Assembly (NCBI GenBank): GCA_965277805.1
Contig: OZ255842.1
Span: forward strand, 3,552,001 to 3,616,000
Reading direction: 5' to 3'
Source: Candidatus Lustribacter sp.
GTDB lineage: Bacteria > Vulcanimicrobiota > Vulcanimicrobiia > Vulcanimicrobiales > Vulcanimicrobiaceae
Length of the DNA: 64,000 bases
Shown here: piece by piece, positions 56,989 through 64,000 of the stretch
Position numbering within the stretch: position 1 is the first letter of the stretch
Layout: each line of letters starts with the position of its first letter
Program-made: the position numbers and the translations under genes
Notes under the pieces: generated by a model
Databases searched by the model: none
Seen by the model: only the letters and a program-made list of their open reading frames with translations
What the model was told of the DNA's origin: nothing

Positions 56989-57170
56989 TTCGCCACCAGC
57001 TTGAGCTCGTTCACGCGCGCCTTCACCGCGCCGAGCAGCGCTTCGGTAAACAGCGCCTGCCGCGCCACCGCGCCCATCGACCGCTCATTCGCAGCCCGGC
57101 TCGCCGCAGTAAGTGCATCCCGCGCCCCGGCAGCCGCCGCCGCAGTGGCGTCCCCAATATCAAGACTCAT
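56985..57170 (-). CDS. Miniature FlgB-like protein (61 aa)
   Basis: First gene of the operon, before flgC; C-terminal SMGAVARQALFTEALLGAVKARVNELKLVAK resembles the FlgB C-terminal helix. Confidence 0.5.
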   Translation of the reverse strand: MSLDIGDATAAAAAGARDALTAASRAANERSMGAVARQALFTEALLGAVKARVNELKLVAK

Positions 57171-57219
57171 GCCGCAACTCTAGCCCCGCACCATGAACGA
57201 ATTGTTGCGCAACCATGAG
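57171..57219 (-). promoter_or_regulatory. Direct-repeat motif plus -10 box, probable leaderless promoter of the flgB operon
   Basis: Minus strand CTCAT-N6-GCAAC-N6-TTCAT-N10-TAGAGT-N6-ATG. Confidence 0.55.
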
Positions 57220-57227
57220 CGCGGATT

Positions 57228-57249
57228 GTGGCGGTCGAGGGACCGCCAC
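57228..57249. repeat. Hairpin derived from the dispersed repeat
   Basis: GTGGCGGTC-GAGG-GACCGCCAC perfect 9-bp stem; GTCGAGGGACCGCCAC is the reverse complement of the repeat's 5' half. Confidence 0.65.
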
Positions 57250-57305
57250 GAATCTTTGGGGAAGCGCGGGTGATTGAAGAAATCTTTCTCACTGGGAGAT
57301 TCAAC

Positions 57306-58400
57306 TTGAAACGTTTGCTTACCGGCGTCTTGATGCTCGCGCTTATGAACGTTCCGGCGTTCGCGCAGCAGTCGTCGCCGCCCATCATTCCGTTCGACTC
57401 GGTGCCGAATCCGATTCAGCTCCCCTACGGGATGTATCTCGGCGAAGCGGCCGCGGTGGCCGTGAATTCCAAGGGTCACATCTTCGTGTTCTCGCGTGGA
57501 AATTCAACCGGCCCGGCCTATGCGGCCACCGCCGCGCAGTTGCTCGAATTCGATCAGAACGGTAAGTATCTGCGCGAGATCGGCCACAATCTCTACGCAT
57601 GGTCGTTCGCGCACGGCGTGGCGATCGACCCCGACGACAACATCTGGGCTGCCGACAAGGGCTCGGATATGGTGGTCAAGTTTACACCGAACGGCCGCGT
57701 CGCGATGGTGCTCGGCCGCAAACAAGAAGCGTCCGACGAAGGCACGGGCCCGCTCAAGCACCCGAAGCCGCCGCTACCGCCGGTGAACGGCCTCTTCCGC
57801 CAAGTCACCGACATCGCGTTCGACAAGGCACGCAACGGCTACATCAGCGACGGCTACATCAACTCGCGCGTCGTCAAGATCGCCAAAGACGGTCGCTGGC
57901 TGACGACATGGGGCACGCCCGGGACCGGACCGGGGCAATTCAATACGCCGCACAGCATCGCGGTGGATGCTGCCGGACTCGTGTATGTCGCCGACCGCGG
58001 CAATCGCCGCATCCAAGTCTTCGACGGCAACGGCACGTTCATTCGGCAGATCACAATCGATTTGCCGGTGCCGCCCAACACGCAAATGGTACTCGGTGAT
58101 TATCCCAAAGCCGACGATCCGGACGGCGACAACTTGCCGGCGCTGCTCAAGCCGGGCGCGCCGTGGGTCGTCTGCATCACGCCGCCCCCGCATCAGTTTC
58201 TCTACACCGCCGACGCCTATCCGGGCCGCGTCTACAAACTCACCCTCGACGGGAAGCTCGTCGGAATGCTCGGCACGGCCGGCAAAGCGCCCAAACAGTT
58301 CGGCTGGATCCACGGCATGGCGTGCCCCTCGGAAAACACGATCTACGTCGCCGAAATCCTCAACTGGCGCATCCAAAAACTCATCCTGCACCCAAGATAG
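57306..58400 (+). CDS. Secreted NHL-repeat beta-propeller (peptidyl-alpha-hydroxyglycine lyase-like)
   Basis: Signal peptide, VAVNSKGHIFVF, AHGVAID, YISDGYINSRV, QFNTPHSIAVD..VYVADRGNRRIQVFD; TTG start after GGGAG. Confidence 0.85.
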   Translation: MKRLLTGVLMLALMNVPAFAQQSSPPIIPFDSVPNPIQLPYGMYLGEAAAVAVNSKGHIFVFSRGNSTGPAYAATAAQLLEFDQNGKYLREIGHNLYAWSFAHGVAIDPDDNIWAADKGSDMVVKFTPNGRVAMVLGRKQEASDEGTGPLKHPKPPLPPVNGLFRQVTDIAFDKARNGYISDGYINSRVVKIAKDGRWLTTWGTPGTGPGQFNTPHSIAVDAAGLVYVADRGNRRIQVFDGNGTFIRQITIDLPVPPNTQMVLGDYPKADDPDGDNLPALLKPGAPWVVCITPPPHQFLYTADAYPGRVYKLTLDGKLVGMLGTAGKAPKQFGWIHGMACPSENTIYVAEILNWRIQKLILHPR

Positions 58401-58431
58401 CCCGATATGTCGGGGCGACGTCACGACATAC

Positions 58432-58467
58432 AAAAAAAGCCCGCGTCTTGCGCGGGCTTTCCTTTTT
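58432..58467. terminator. Bidirectional intrinsic terminator
   Basis: AAAGCCCGCG-TCTTG-CGCGGGCTTT hairpin with A- and T-tracts, between convergent NHL and rpsI genes. Confidence 0.85.
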
Positions 58468-58499
58468 CGGCGCCTCGAGAGATCAAGGCGTTCGCGTGA

Positions 58500-58895
58500 T
58501 TAGCGCTTCGAGAACTGGAAGCGTTTGCGGGCGCGTTTGCGGCCGTACTTCTTCGATTCTTTTTCGCGCGGGTCGCGCGTGAGGAGGCCGTTGCGGCGCA
58601 GCGGTTCGCGCAGCGCTTCGTCCATCTCGAGCAACGCACGAGCGATGCCGTGGCGCACGGCGCCGGCTTGTCCGGCCGGTCCGCCGCCGGCGCACTTCAC
58701 GTCGACGTTGAAGCGCGAGCCGGCTTCGGTGACAACGAGCGGCTGCCGCACGATTTGCTGCAGGACCGCGCGGGGGAAGTAATCGTCGATCGGCTTTTTG
58801 TTGACCGTGATGACGCCCTGACCGAGGGTCATCCGGACGCGCGCGACGGCGCGCTTACGACGGCCGGTTCCGAGAAAAAGTTCTGCTGGTTGCAT
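58500..58895 (-). CDS. rpsI: 30S ribosomal protein S9
   Basis: [47 protein letters not shown]. Confidence 0.98.
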   Translation of the reverse strand: MQPAELFLGTGRRKRAVARVRMTLGQGVITVNKKPIDDYFPRAVLQQIVRQPLVVTEAGSRFNVDVKCAGGGPAGQAGAVRHGIARALLEMDEALREPLRRNGLLTRDPREKESKKYGRKRARKRFQFSKR

Positions 58896-58898
58896 GCC

Positions 58899-59324
58899 CT
58901 ACGCCAACGCCGCGGGCTTTTGGGCCGCGTGCGGATGAGAGTCGCCGACGTAGACGCTGAGACGTCCGAGCTGGACGTTGCGCATCCGGTTGGTCGCCAG
59001 CATGCCGCGAACGGCGCGCTCGATCAAACGTTCCGGGTACTTCGCACGAACCTGTGACGCCGTCTCGGTGTGGAGGCCGCCGGGAAAACCGGAGTGACGG
59101 TGATAGACCTTCTGGTTCCACTTGTCGCCGCCGAGCTCGATCTTGTCGGCGTTGATCACGACGACGAAGTCACCGGCATCGATGTGCGGGGTCCAGGTGG
59201 GCTTCTTGCGGCCCGAGAGCGTGCGAGCGATCTTCACCGCGAGCGTGCCGAGGCGTTGCCCCGCCGCGTCGACGATGTACCAATCGTGCGTGGCCTCTGC
59301 CGTGGTCTGTTGGTAGGTGCGCAT
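58899..59324 (-). CDS. rplM: 50S ribosomal protein L13
   Basis: WYIVDA..LG, KP.WTPHID.GDFVVVINA, YHRHSGFPGGL, AVRGML, HPHAAQKP. Confidence 0.98.
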   Translation of the reverse strand: MRTYQQTTAEATHDWYIVDAAGQRLGTLAVKIARTLSGRKKPTWTPHIDAGDFVVVINADKIELGGDKWNQKVYHRHSGFPGGLHTETASQVRAKYPERLIERAVRGMLATNRMRNVQLGRLSVYVGDSHPHAAQKPAALA

Positions 59325-59420
59325 GTCTTCTAATCTGTCAGCAAGAGAATAAGACCGCTCCGGCTCGGAACGGCAACCTAAGGAGTATACCGGGAGAGCC
59401 GGGGGATGTCCAGGCCTTGG

Positions 59421-59451
59421 GTGGCGGCCCCTCGACAAGCTCGGGGTGACA
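59421..59451 (+). repeat. Dispersed REP-like repeat, copy 4
   Basis: GTGGCGGCCCCTCGACAAGCTCGGGGTGACA. Confidence 0.8.
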
Positions 59452-59456
59452 GCTGC

Positions 59457-60218
59457 TTAGCTTGCTTGCTCTGAGTCGAAGTTGGGATAGCGGACGCCGA
59501 CGAGGCAGAGGCCTTCGGGCGGGGCGGTATAGCCGGCGCGTTTGCGGTCGCCGGAGCCCAGGATCGCGGGGATGTCGTCCGGGGGGCGGCGGCCGGTGGC
59601 GATCTCTACCAGGGTGCCGGTGATCCGCCGGACCATGCGGTGGAGGAAGCCCTGCCCGGCGATCCGCAGGACGATCCGGTCGCGGCTGCGGTCGATGTCG
59701 ATCGAGTGGATCGTCCGGACCGTCCCGCCGCGCTCGGGCGCCAGGCCGCAGAACGCCACGAAGTCGTGGGTGCCGATCAGGCCGGCCGCGGCCACCCGGG
59801 CCAGTTCGACGTCGGCGGCGCGATGGACGTGATGGGCGAACCGGCGCTCGAAGGCCGAGGGCATCGGCCGGTTGATGATCCGGTACTCATACGTGCGCGC
59901 CTCCGCGTCGAAGCGCGCGGAGAAGCCGTCGGGCGCGAGGCCGGCGTAGCGCACGGTGACGTCGCGCGGGAGGTTGCCGTTCATCGCCAGCGCGAGCCGT
60001 TCGACCGGAAATTCACGCTCGCTCGTAAACGAGATGACTTGGCCCGAGGCATGCACGCCGGCGTCGGTGCGGCCGGCGGCGCTGATCTTCACCGTTCCGG
60101 CGAACAGTAGGCCGAGCACGCGCTCGAGTTCGCCGGCAACGGTTCGCACTTCAGGCTGAAATTGCAATCCGCAAAAGTTCGTGCCGTCGTACTCGACGAC
60201 GGCGCGATAGGTCGGCAA
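59457..60218 (-). CDS. truA: tRNA pseudouridine(38-40) synthase TruA
   Basis: EYDGT.F.G.Q.Q, AGRTDAGVHA.GQ, FSARF, GTHDF, FLHRMVR, APPEGL.L. Confidence 0.96.
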   Translation of the reverse strand: MPTYRAVVEYDGTNFCGLQFQPEVRTVAGELERVLGLLFAGTVKISAAGRTDAGVHASGQVISFTSEREFPVERLALAMNGNLPRDVTVRYAGLAPDGFSARFDAEARTYEYRIINRPMPSAFERRFAHHVHRAADVELARVAAAGLIGTHDFVAFCGLAPERGGTVRTIHSIDIDRSRDRIVLRIAGQGFLHRMVRRITGTLVEIATGRRPPDDIPAILGSGDRKRAGYTAPPEGLCLVGVRYPNFDSEQAS

Positions 60219-60221
60219 ACG

Positions 60222-60662
60222 TTATGCGGCTACGCGGTGCGGGACCGAGCGCTTTTCGTCGAGATCGAGCAGATCGGCCCACGACGTGACGTCGGTGCGA
60301 TCCGGCGCGACTTCGCTGCGCAGTTTGAGGAAGTACTCCTCGCCCTTCGAACCCGGCTCCGGCGCATGCTTCAGCCAATCGCGATTGAACGTTTCGATTT
60401 CGCTGTCTTCCTTCGCATGCACGTACGGCGCGACGAACTCGCTGATCTCGCCGTCGTTGCTCGCGCTCTTGATCACATCGAGCAGCGTGTCGCCGTCGAG
60501 ATCGAGAAATTCGAACAAGTGCTTGTCCATCGGACAATCGTACACGTACTCGCCGATCGTTCCCGCGGCCTGAGCCTTGCCTTTGTCGATCGTGCGCTTG
60601 AGTTGCACGATGCCGTGCATCTGTTCACGAACGCTGGCGGGATAAGACTTGGTGAGATCCAT
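60222..60662 (-). CDS. DUF5069-like protein
   Basis: DLTK.YP.S.RE..G..L.R.IDK..A..GTIGEY.YDCPMD, W.DLLDLDE.R. Confidence 0.7.
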   Translation of the reverse strand: MDLTKSYPASVREQMHGIVQLKRTIDKGKAQAAGTIGEYVYDCPMDKHLFEFLDLDGDTLLDVIKSASNDGEISEFVAPYVHAKEDSEIETFNRDWLKHAPEPGSKGEEYFLKLRSEVAPDRTDVTSWADLLDLDEKRSVPHRVAA

Positions 60663-60745
60663 GCGTGACTTTCCGTTCGGCGAAGGTGGTATGGAACTGA
60701 ATCGTACGATTGGACTGTTCGCTGTGCTGCCGGTACGCGACCTGG

Positions 60746-60776
60746 GTGGCTGCCCCCCGACAAGCTCGGGGTGGCA
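60746..60776 (+). repeat. Dispersed REP-like repeat, degenerate copy 5
   Basis: GTGGCTGCCCCCCGACAAGCTCGGGGTGGCA. Confidence 0.7.
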
Positions 60777-60779
60777 ATC

Positions 60780-62222
60780 TTACGACAGGGGACGCTGGAG
60801 CGGGAAGAGGACGACGTCGCGGATCGATGCGTTGTTCGTGAGGAGCATGACCAGCCGGTCGACGCCGATGCCGATCCCGGCCGTCGGGGGCATGCCGTAT
60901 TCCAAGGCGTTCACGAAGTCCCAGTCGGGCGGCGGAACTTCGTCGTCGCCCGCCGCGCGTTCGGCGACTTGCAGCTCGAAGCGCCGCCGCTGATCGTCGG
61001 GATCGTTCAGCTCGGTGAAGGCGTTGGCGACCTCCATCGACGCGCAGAAGAGCTCGTAGCGGTCCGTGAGCTCGGGGTCGCCGGCCTTGCGCTTCGCCAG
61101 CGGCGAGAGCACGACCGGATAGTCGTGCACGAACGTCGGGTGCAATAACTCGGGCTCGACGACGCGCTCGAAAATCTTGTCGAGCGCGTGGGCGTGCGAG
61201 GGCGACGTCGGCAAACCGAACTCTTGCAAAATCTGCTGCGCGCCGCCGAACGAGAGCAGTTTCTCGCGTTCGAGGCCGCCGAATTCTTTCATCGCGTCGA
61301 GATACGCAATGCGCGCAAACGGACGCTTGAACGAGATCGCGTCTTCTTTGTACATTAGCGTGTCGCTGCCGTGTACGTCGTTCACCAGATGCGACATCAG
61401 CGCTTCGTTGAATTCCATCATCTCGTGCACGGACCAATAGGCCGCGTAAAGTTCGAGCATGGTGAACTCGGGGTTGTGCGTGGTGTCGATTCCCTCGTTG
61501 CGGAAGATCCGGCCGATCTCATAGACGCGTTCGAGGCCGCCGACGATCAGGCGCTTGAGGTTGAGCTCGGTCGCGATGCGCAGCGTCATCTCGATGTCGA
61601 GCGCGTTGACGTGCGTGATGAACGGGCGCGCGGCCGCGCCGCCGGCGATGTTGAGCAGCGTCGGCGTTTCGCACTCATAGAAACCTTGCGCGTCGATGAA
61701 GCGGCGCATCGCGGCGATGATCTTGCTGCGCTGCATGAACACGTCGCGCACGTGCGGGTTGACGATCAGATCGACGTACCGCTGGCGGTAGCGCTTTTCG
61801 ATGTCGACCAGGCCATGCCACTTGTCGGGCAGCGGCGCGAGGCCTTTGCTCAGCACCTCGAAGGACTGCACGTGCAGCGCGAGGTCGCCCATCTTCGTGC
61901 GAAACACGAAGCCGCGCGCGCCGATGAAGTCACCGCGGTCGAGCGATTTGAGCAGCGTGAAGGCTTCGCCCAGTTCTTTTTTTGCGAAGTAGAGCTGAAA
62001 GCGTCCGGTGCGGTCGGAGACGTCGGCGAACGGGCCGCGCAGGGACATCACGCGACCGGCGATTTGCCACACGTCGGATTCGGCGTGCTCTTCAGGCCCG
62101 AGCTTCCCGTACTTTTCCGCTAAGTCGCCGGCGTGCGCGGTGACGTCATAACGCGTTGCGGCAAACGGGTCGACGCCATGTGAACGAAGGGCGGCCAGGT
62201 TTGCACGCCTGGCCGCTATCAG
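60780..62222 (-). CDS. lysS: Lysine--tRNA ligase (class II); true start unclear, tentatively CTG at 62222
   Basis: PLPDKWHGL.D.E.RYRQRYVDL, GGAAARPF.TH, EIGRIFRNEG..HNPEFT, YGMPPTAG.GIGVDRL. N-terminal homology (RRANLAAL..GVDPF) extends upstream of the track's start at 62072. Confidence 0.95.
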   Translation of the reverse strand: MIAARRANLAALRSHGVDPFAATRYDVTAHAGDLAEKYGKLGPEEHAESDVWQIAGRVMSLRGPFADVSDRTGRFQLYFAKKELGEAFTLLKSLDRGDFIGARGFVFRTKMGDLALHVQSFEVLSKGLAPLPDKWHGLVDIEKRYRQRYVDLIVNPHVRDVFMQRSKIIAAMRRFIDAQGFYECETPTLLNIAGGAAARPFITHVNALDIEMTLRIATELNLKRLIVGGLERVYEIGRIFRNEGIDTTHNPEFTMLELYAAYWSVHEMMEFNEALMSHLVNDVHGSDTLMYKEDAISFKRPFARIAYLDAMKEFGGLEREKLLSFGGAQQILQEFGLPTSPSHAHALDKIFERVVEPELLHPTFVHDYPVVLSPLAKRKAGDPELTDRYELFCASMEVANAFTELNDPDDQRRRFELQVAERAAGDDEVPPPDWDFVNALEYGMPPTAGIGIGVDRLVMLLTNNASIRDVVLFPLQRPLS

Positions 62223-62266
62223 CTCTGCTTCGCGTTTCCCGTGCTCGCCGGGATCGGTCGAATCGT

Positions 62267-62773
62267 CTACGATGCTTTTTTCGCCACTTTCTTCGTTGCT
62301 TTGTTGATCGCTTCGATCTTGTATTTCATCGAGCCGCGCGGCGTCGTGACGTCGACGGTCTCGCCGTTCTTGTGACCCATCAGCGCTGCGCCGACCGGCG
62401 ATTCGTTCGAGAGGCGCGCGTTCTTCGGATCGGCTTCGGCCGAACCGACGATCGTGAACTCGTGCGAGCGGCCGGAGACCAGCTCTTTCACTTTCACCGT
62501 CGCACCGAGGTGGACGGCATCGGCGACGAAGTCGCTCTGATCGATGATGCGCGCGTTGCGGATCATCGACTCGAGTTTGAGGACGCGTCCTTCCACGAAG
62601 GCCTGTTCTTGCTTCGCGTCTTCGTACTCGGCGTTTTCCGAGATGTCGCCGAACTCTTTGGCTTGGCGAATGCGTTCGTTGACTTCCCGGCGGTGGACGG
62701 TCTTCAACTCGTCGAGCTCGTCCTCGAGCTTTTTGAGTCCGTCGCGCGTCAGAATGATCTCTTTGTCGTTCAA
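62267..62773 (-). CDS. greA: Transcription elongation factor GreA
   Basis: LTRDG..KLE.EL..L, GDISENAEYE.AK, IVGSAEADP..LSNESPVG.AL; TTG start after AGGAG. Confidence 0.97.
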   Translation of the reverse strand: MNDKEIILTRDGLKKLEDELDELKTVHRREVNERIRQAKEFGDISENAEYEDAKQEQAFVEGRVLKLESMIRNARIIDQSDFVADAVHLGATVKVKELVSGRSHEFTIVGSAEADPKNARLSNESPVGAALMGHKNGETVDVTTPRGSMKYKIEAINKATKKVAKKAS

Positions 62774-62847
62774 AACCGACTCCTGGGACTATGCGCCCGA
62801 GCGCAACAAAACGCTGCGACTCTTAAGGAAATATCGACCGCCGCAGT

Positions 62848-64000
62848 TCAAAGCTGAGGGGCGGAGGACCTGCCCCGGGCGCGCCAGACGGCGAACGGCA
62901 CCCCCAGAATTGCCGTCACCAGCAAGAAAAGCTGGGTCGGCCGGTCGCTCTCCGCTACCGATACGGTAAGCACGCCGGCCAGCGCCAGCGTGGCGAGCGC
63001 GGGCAGGATCACGCCGTCGATCCAGGCCGTGCGTGCCAGCACGAAGATCCGCACCGCCGCCGCGGCGCTCAGCAAGAAGAGCACGCCCAGAAACAGTGCC
63101 GTGCCGCTAAGAATGAAGTCGAACGCCGCGCGCACGCTCGGAAAGAACGCACAAGCAACCAGTCCGGCGACACCCAATGCGGTGAGCAAGCCGACCGCGA
63201 ACGCCGGCTGCGCGCGCAGGTCGAGCGTGCCGAAGCGTTCCGGCAGCACGCCGTCGCGCCCCATCGCGTAGAAGCTGCGGCTGAGATAGACCAGCGTCGT
63301 TTGCAGCGATGCCGCCAGCGACACGAGCACAGTCACCGTGATCGCGATGCGCCATGCGCCGCCGCCGATCGCGTCGCCGACGTACGCCAGCGCATCGCCC
63401 TCGTGCGCGGCGAAGCCGTCGAGCGTGCCGACGCGCAGAAACGCCGTCATGCAGATCCACAGCACGGCGGCGGTCAGCAAGAGCCCGGCAAGCCCGCCCG
63501 CGCCCGGCGCAGTGCTCCCATCGTACGCCTCCTCGGCGGTCGATGCGGAAACTTCCCAACCATCGATCATCCAGATGCCGATCGCGACCGCGGCGATCAA
63601 TTCCCCCACCGAGGGCGGTGGAGCGAAGCTGGCGGCGTGCGCGGCCGGTGCGTGCAGTGCCGCTACCGTCGCCGCAACGGCAAGGAGCACCAGCTCCGCG
63701 ATCGCGAGCGCGTTCGCCGTACGCGAGGTCGGCCGCAAGCCGCCGTAGAGCAGCAGGCCCGACGCCAGCACCCAGGCCGCGCCGGCGAGCCCGTCGGCCA
63801 CCGGCGTGCTTTGCAGACCGGGCACGGCCAGCGCGAGCAGCGAGAGCGTGTACGCGCCGGCGGGCAGCGCGGTCGCGACGATCGCGAACAGGTTCGCCGC
63901 GATCAGCACCCAGGCCGCATACGCGCCGACGTACCGGCCGAACGCTAGCCGCACCCACGTGTACGCGGACCCGGCGTCGGGATAGCGCGAACCCAGCCGG
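62848..64000 (-). CDS. APC family amino acid permease (5' end outside the window)
   Basis: YPDAGSAYTW, GWEVSA..AEE, SRSFYAMGRDGVLP; many TM helices. Confidence 0.88.
   Translation of the reverse strand, partial: RLGSRYPDAGSAYTWVRLAFGRYVGAYAAWVLIAANLFAIVATALPAGAYTLSLLALAVPGLQSTPVADGLAGAAWVLASGLLLYGGLRPTSRTANALAIAELVLLAVAATVAALHAPAAHAASFAPPPSVGELIAAVAIGIWMIDGWEVSASTAEEAYDGSTAPGAGGLAGLLLTAAVLWICMTAFLRVGTLDGFAAHEGDALAYVGDAIGGGAWRIAITVTVLVSLAASLQTTLVYLSRSFYAMGRDGVLPERFGTLDLRAQPAFAVGLLTALGVAGLVACAFFPSVRAAFDFILSGTALFLGVLFLLSAAAAVRIFVLARTAWIDGVILPALATLALAGVLTVSVAESDRPTQLFLLVTAILGVPFAVWRARGRSSAPQL

Noticed and set aside
29770-57170. Calling the cluster a classical injectisome or a complete flagellum
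   Set aside because: FliF, FliE, FlgC and FliM/N are flagellar-type with no secretin, needle or translocon, yet stator, filament and FliG-C are also absent from the window.
22597-60776. The 31-bp repeats as a CRISPR array
   Set aside because: Copies are kilobases apart with no regular spacers and no cas genes.
62020-62060. LysS RVMSLRGPFAD lacking the usual xGKxxF loop as a sign of inactivation
   Set aside because: A short RGPF loop is, from recollection, present in other functional LysS proteins, and the catalytic motifs are intact.
1-64000. tRNA/rRNA genes, integrases, transposases
   Set aside because: None recognised by eye; tRNAscan-SE and ISEScan would be needed to exclude them.

Overview
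High-GC bacterial chromosome segment. The protein style and the many orphan substrate-binding proteins suggest a soil diderm such as Candidatus Eremiobacterota/Vulcanimicrobiota; this is inference only. 1-22.6 kb is accessory catabolism: AhpD, RidA, HD and dienelactone-hydrolase genes, four orphan ABC binding proteins, a GAF-GGDEF protein, an AT-rich ~1 kb insert that truncates a Rieske oxygenase, LLM/VOC/FAH enzymes, a MerR/MarR pair, an MFS fusion and a hydroxycinnamoyl-CoA beta-oxidation set. 22.6-29.8 kb holds secD-secF, a HIRAN-RecQ-like helicase, Fur and small oxidoreductases. 29.8-57.2 kb is the most striking part: a minus-strand flagellar-type cluster in Firmicutes fla-operon order. 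Its export gate (FliP/Q/R, FlhB, FlhA) is intact, but the other parts are miniaturised: 61-aa FlgB, a FliF fused to only the FliG middle domain, ~94-aa FliH, N-terminally truncated FliI and degenerate rod/hook proteins. No stator, flagellin or L/P-ring genes are in the window. A shared, identically spaced direct-repeat motif lies upstream of flgB, fliP and fliQ. The cluster is interrupted by a LeuCD-paralog/TctBAC module, a 7-gene polysaccharide operon and a Crp/thioredoxin module. 57.3-64 kb has an NHL protein, rpsI, rplM, truA, a DUF5069-like gene, lysS (no canonical start for its N-terminus), greA and a partial APC permease. A ~31-bp REP-like repeat is dispersed at gene boundaries. No tRNA, rRNA, CRISPR array, integrase or transposase was recognised. 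All calls come from reading motifs by eye; no database searches were run.
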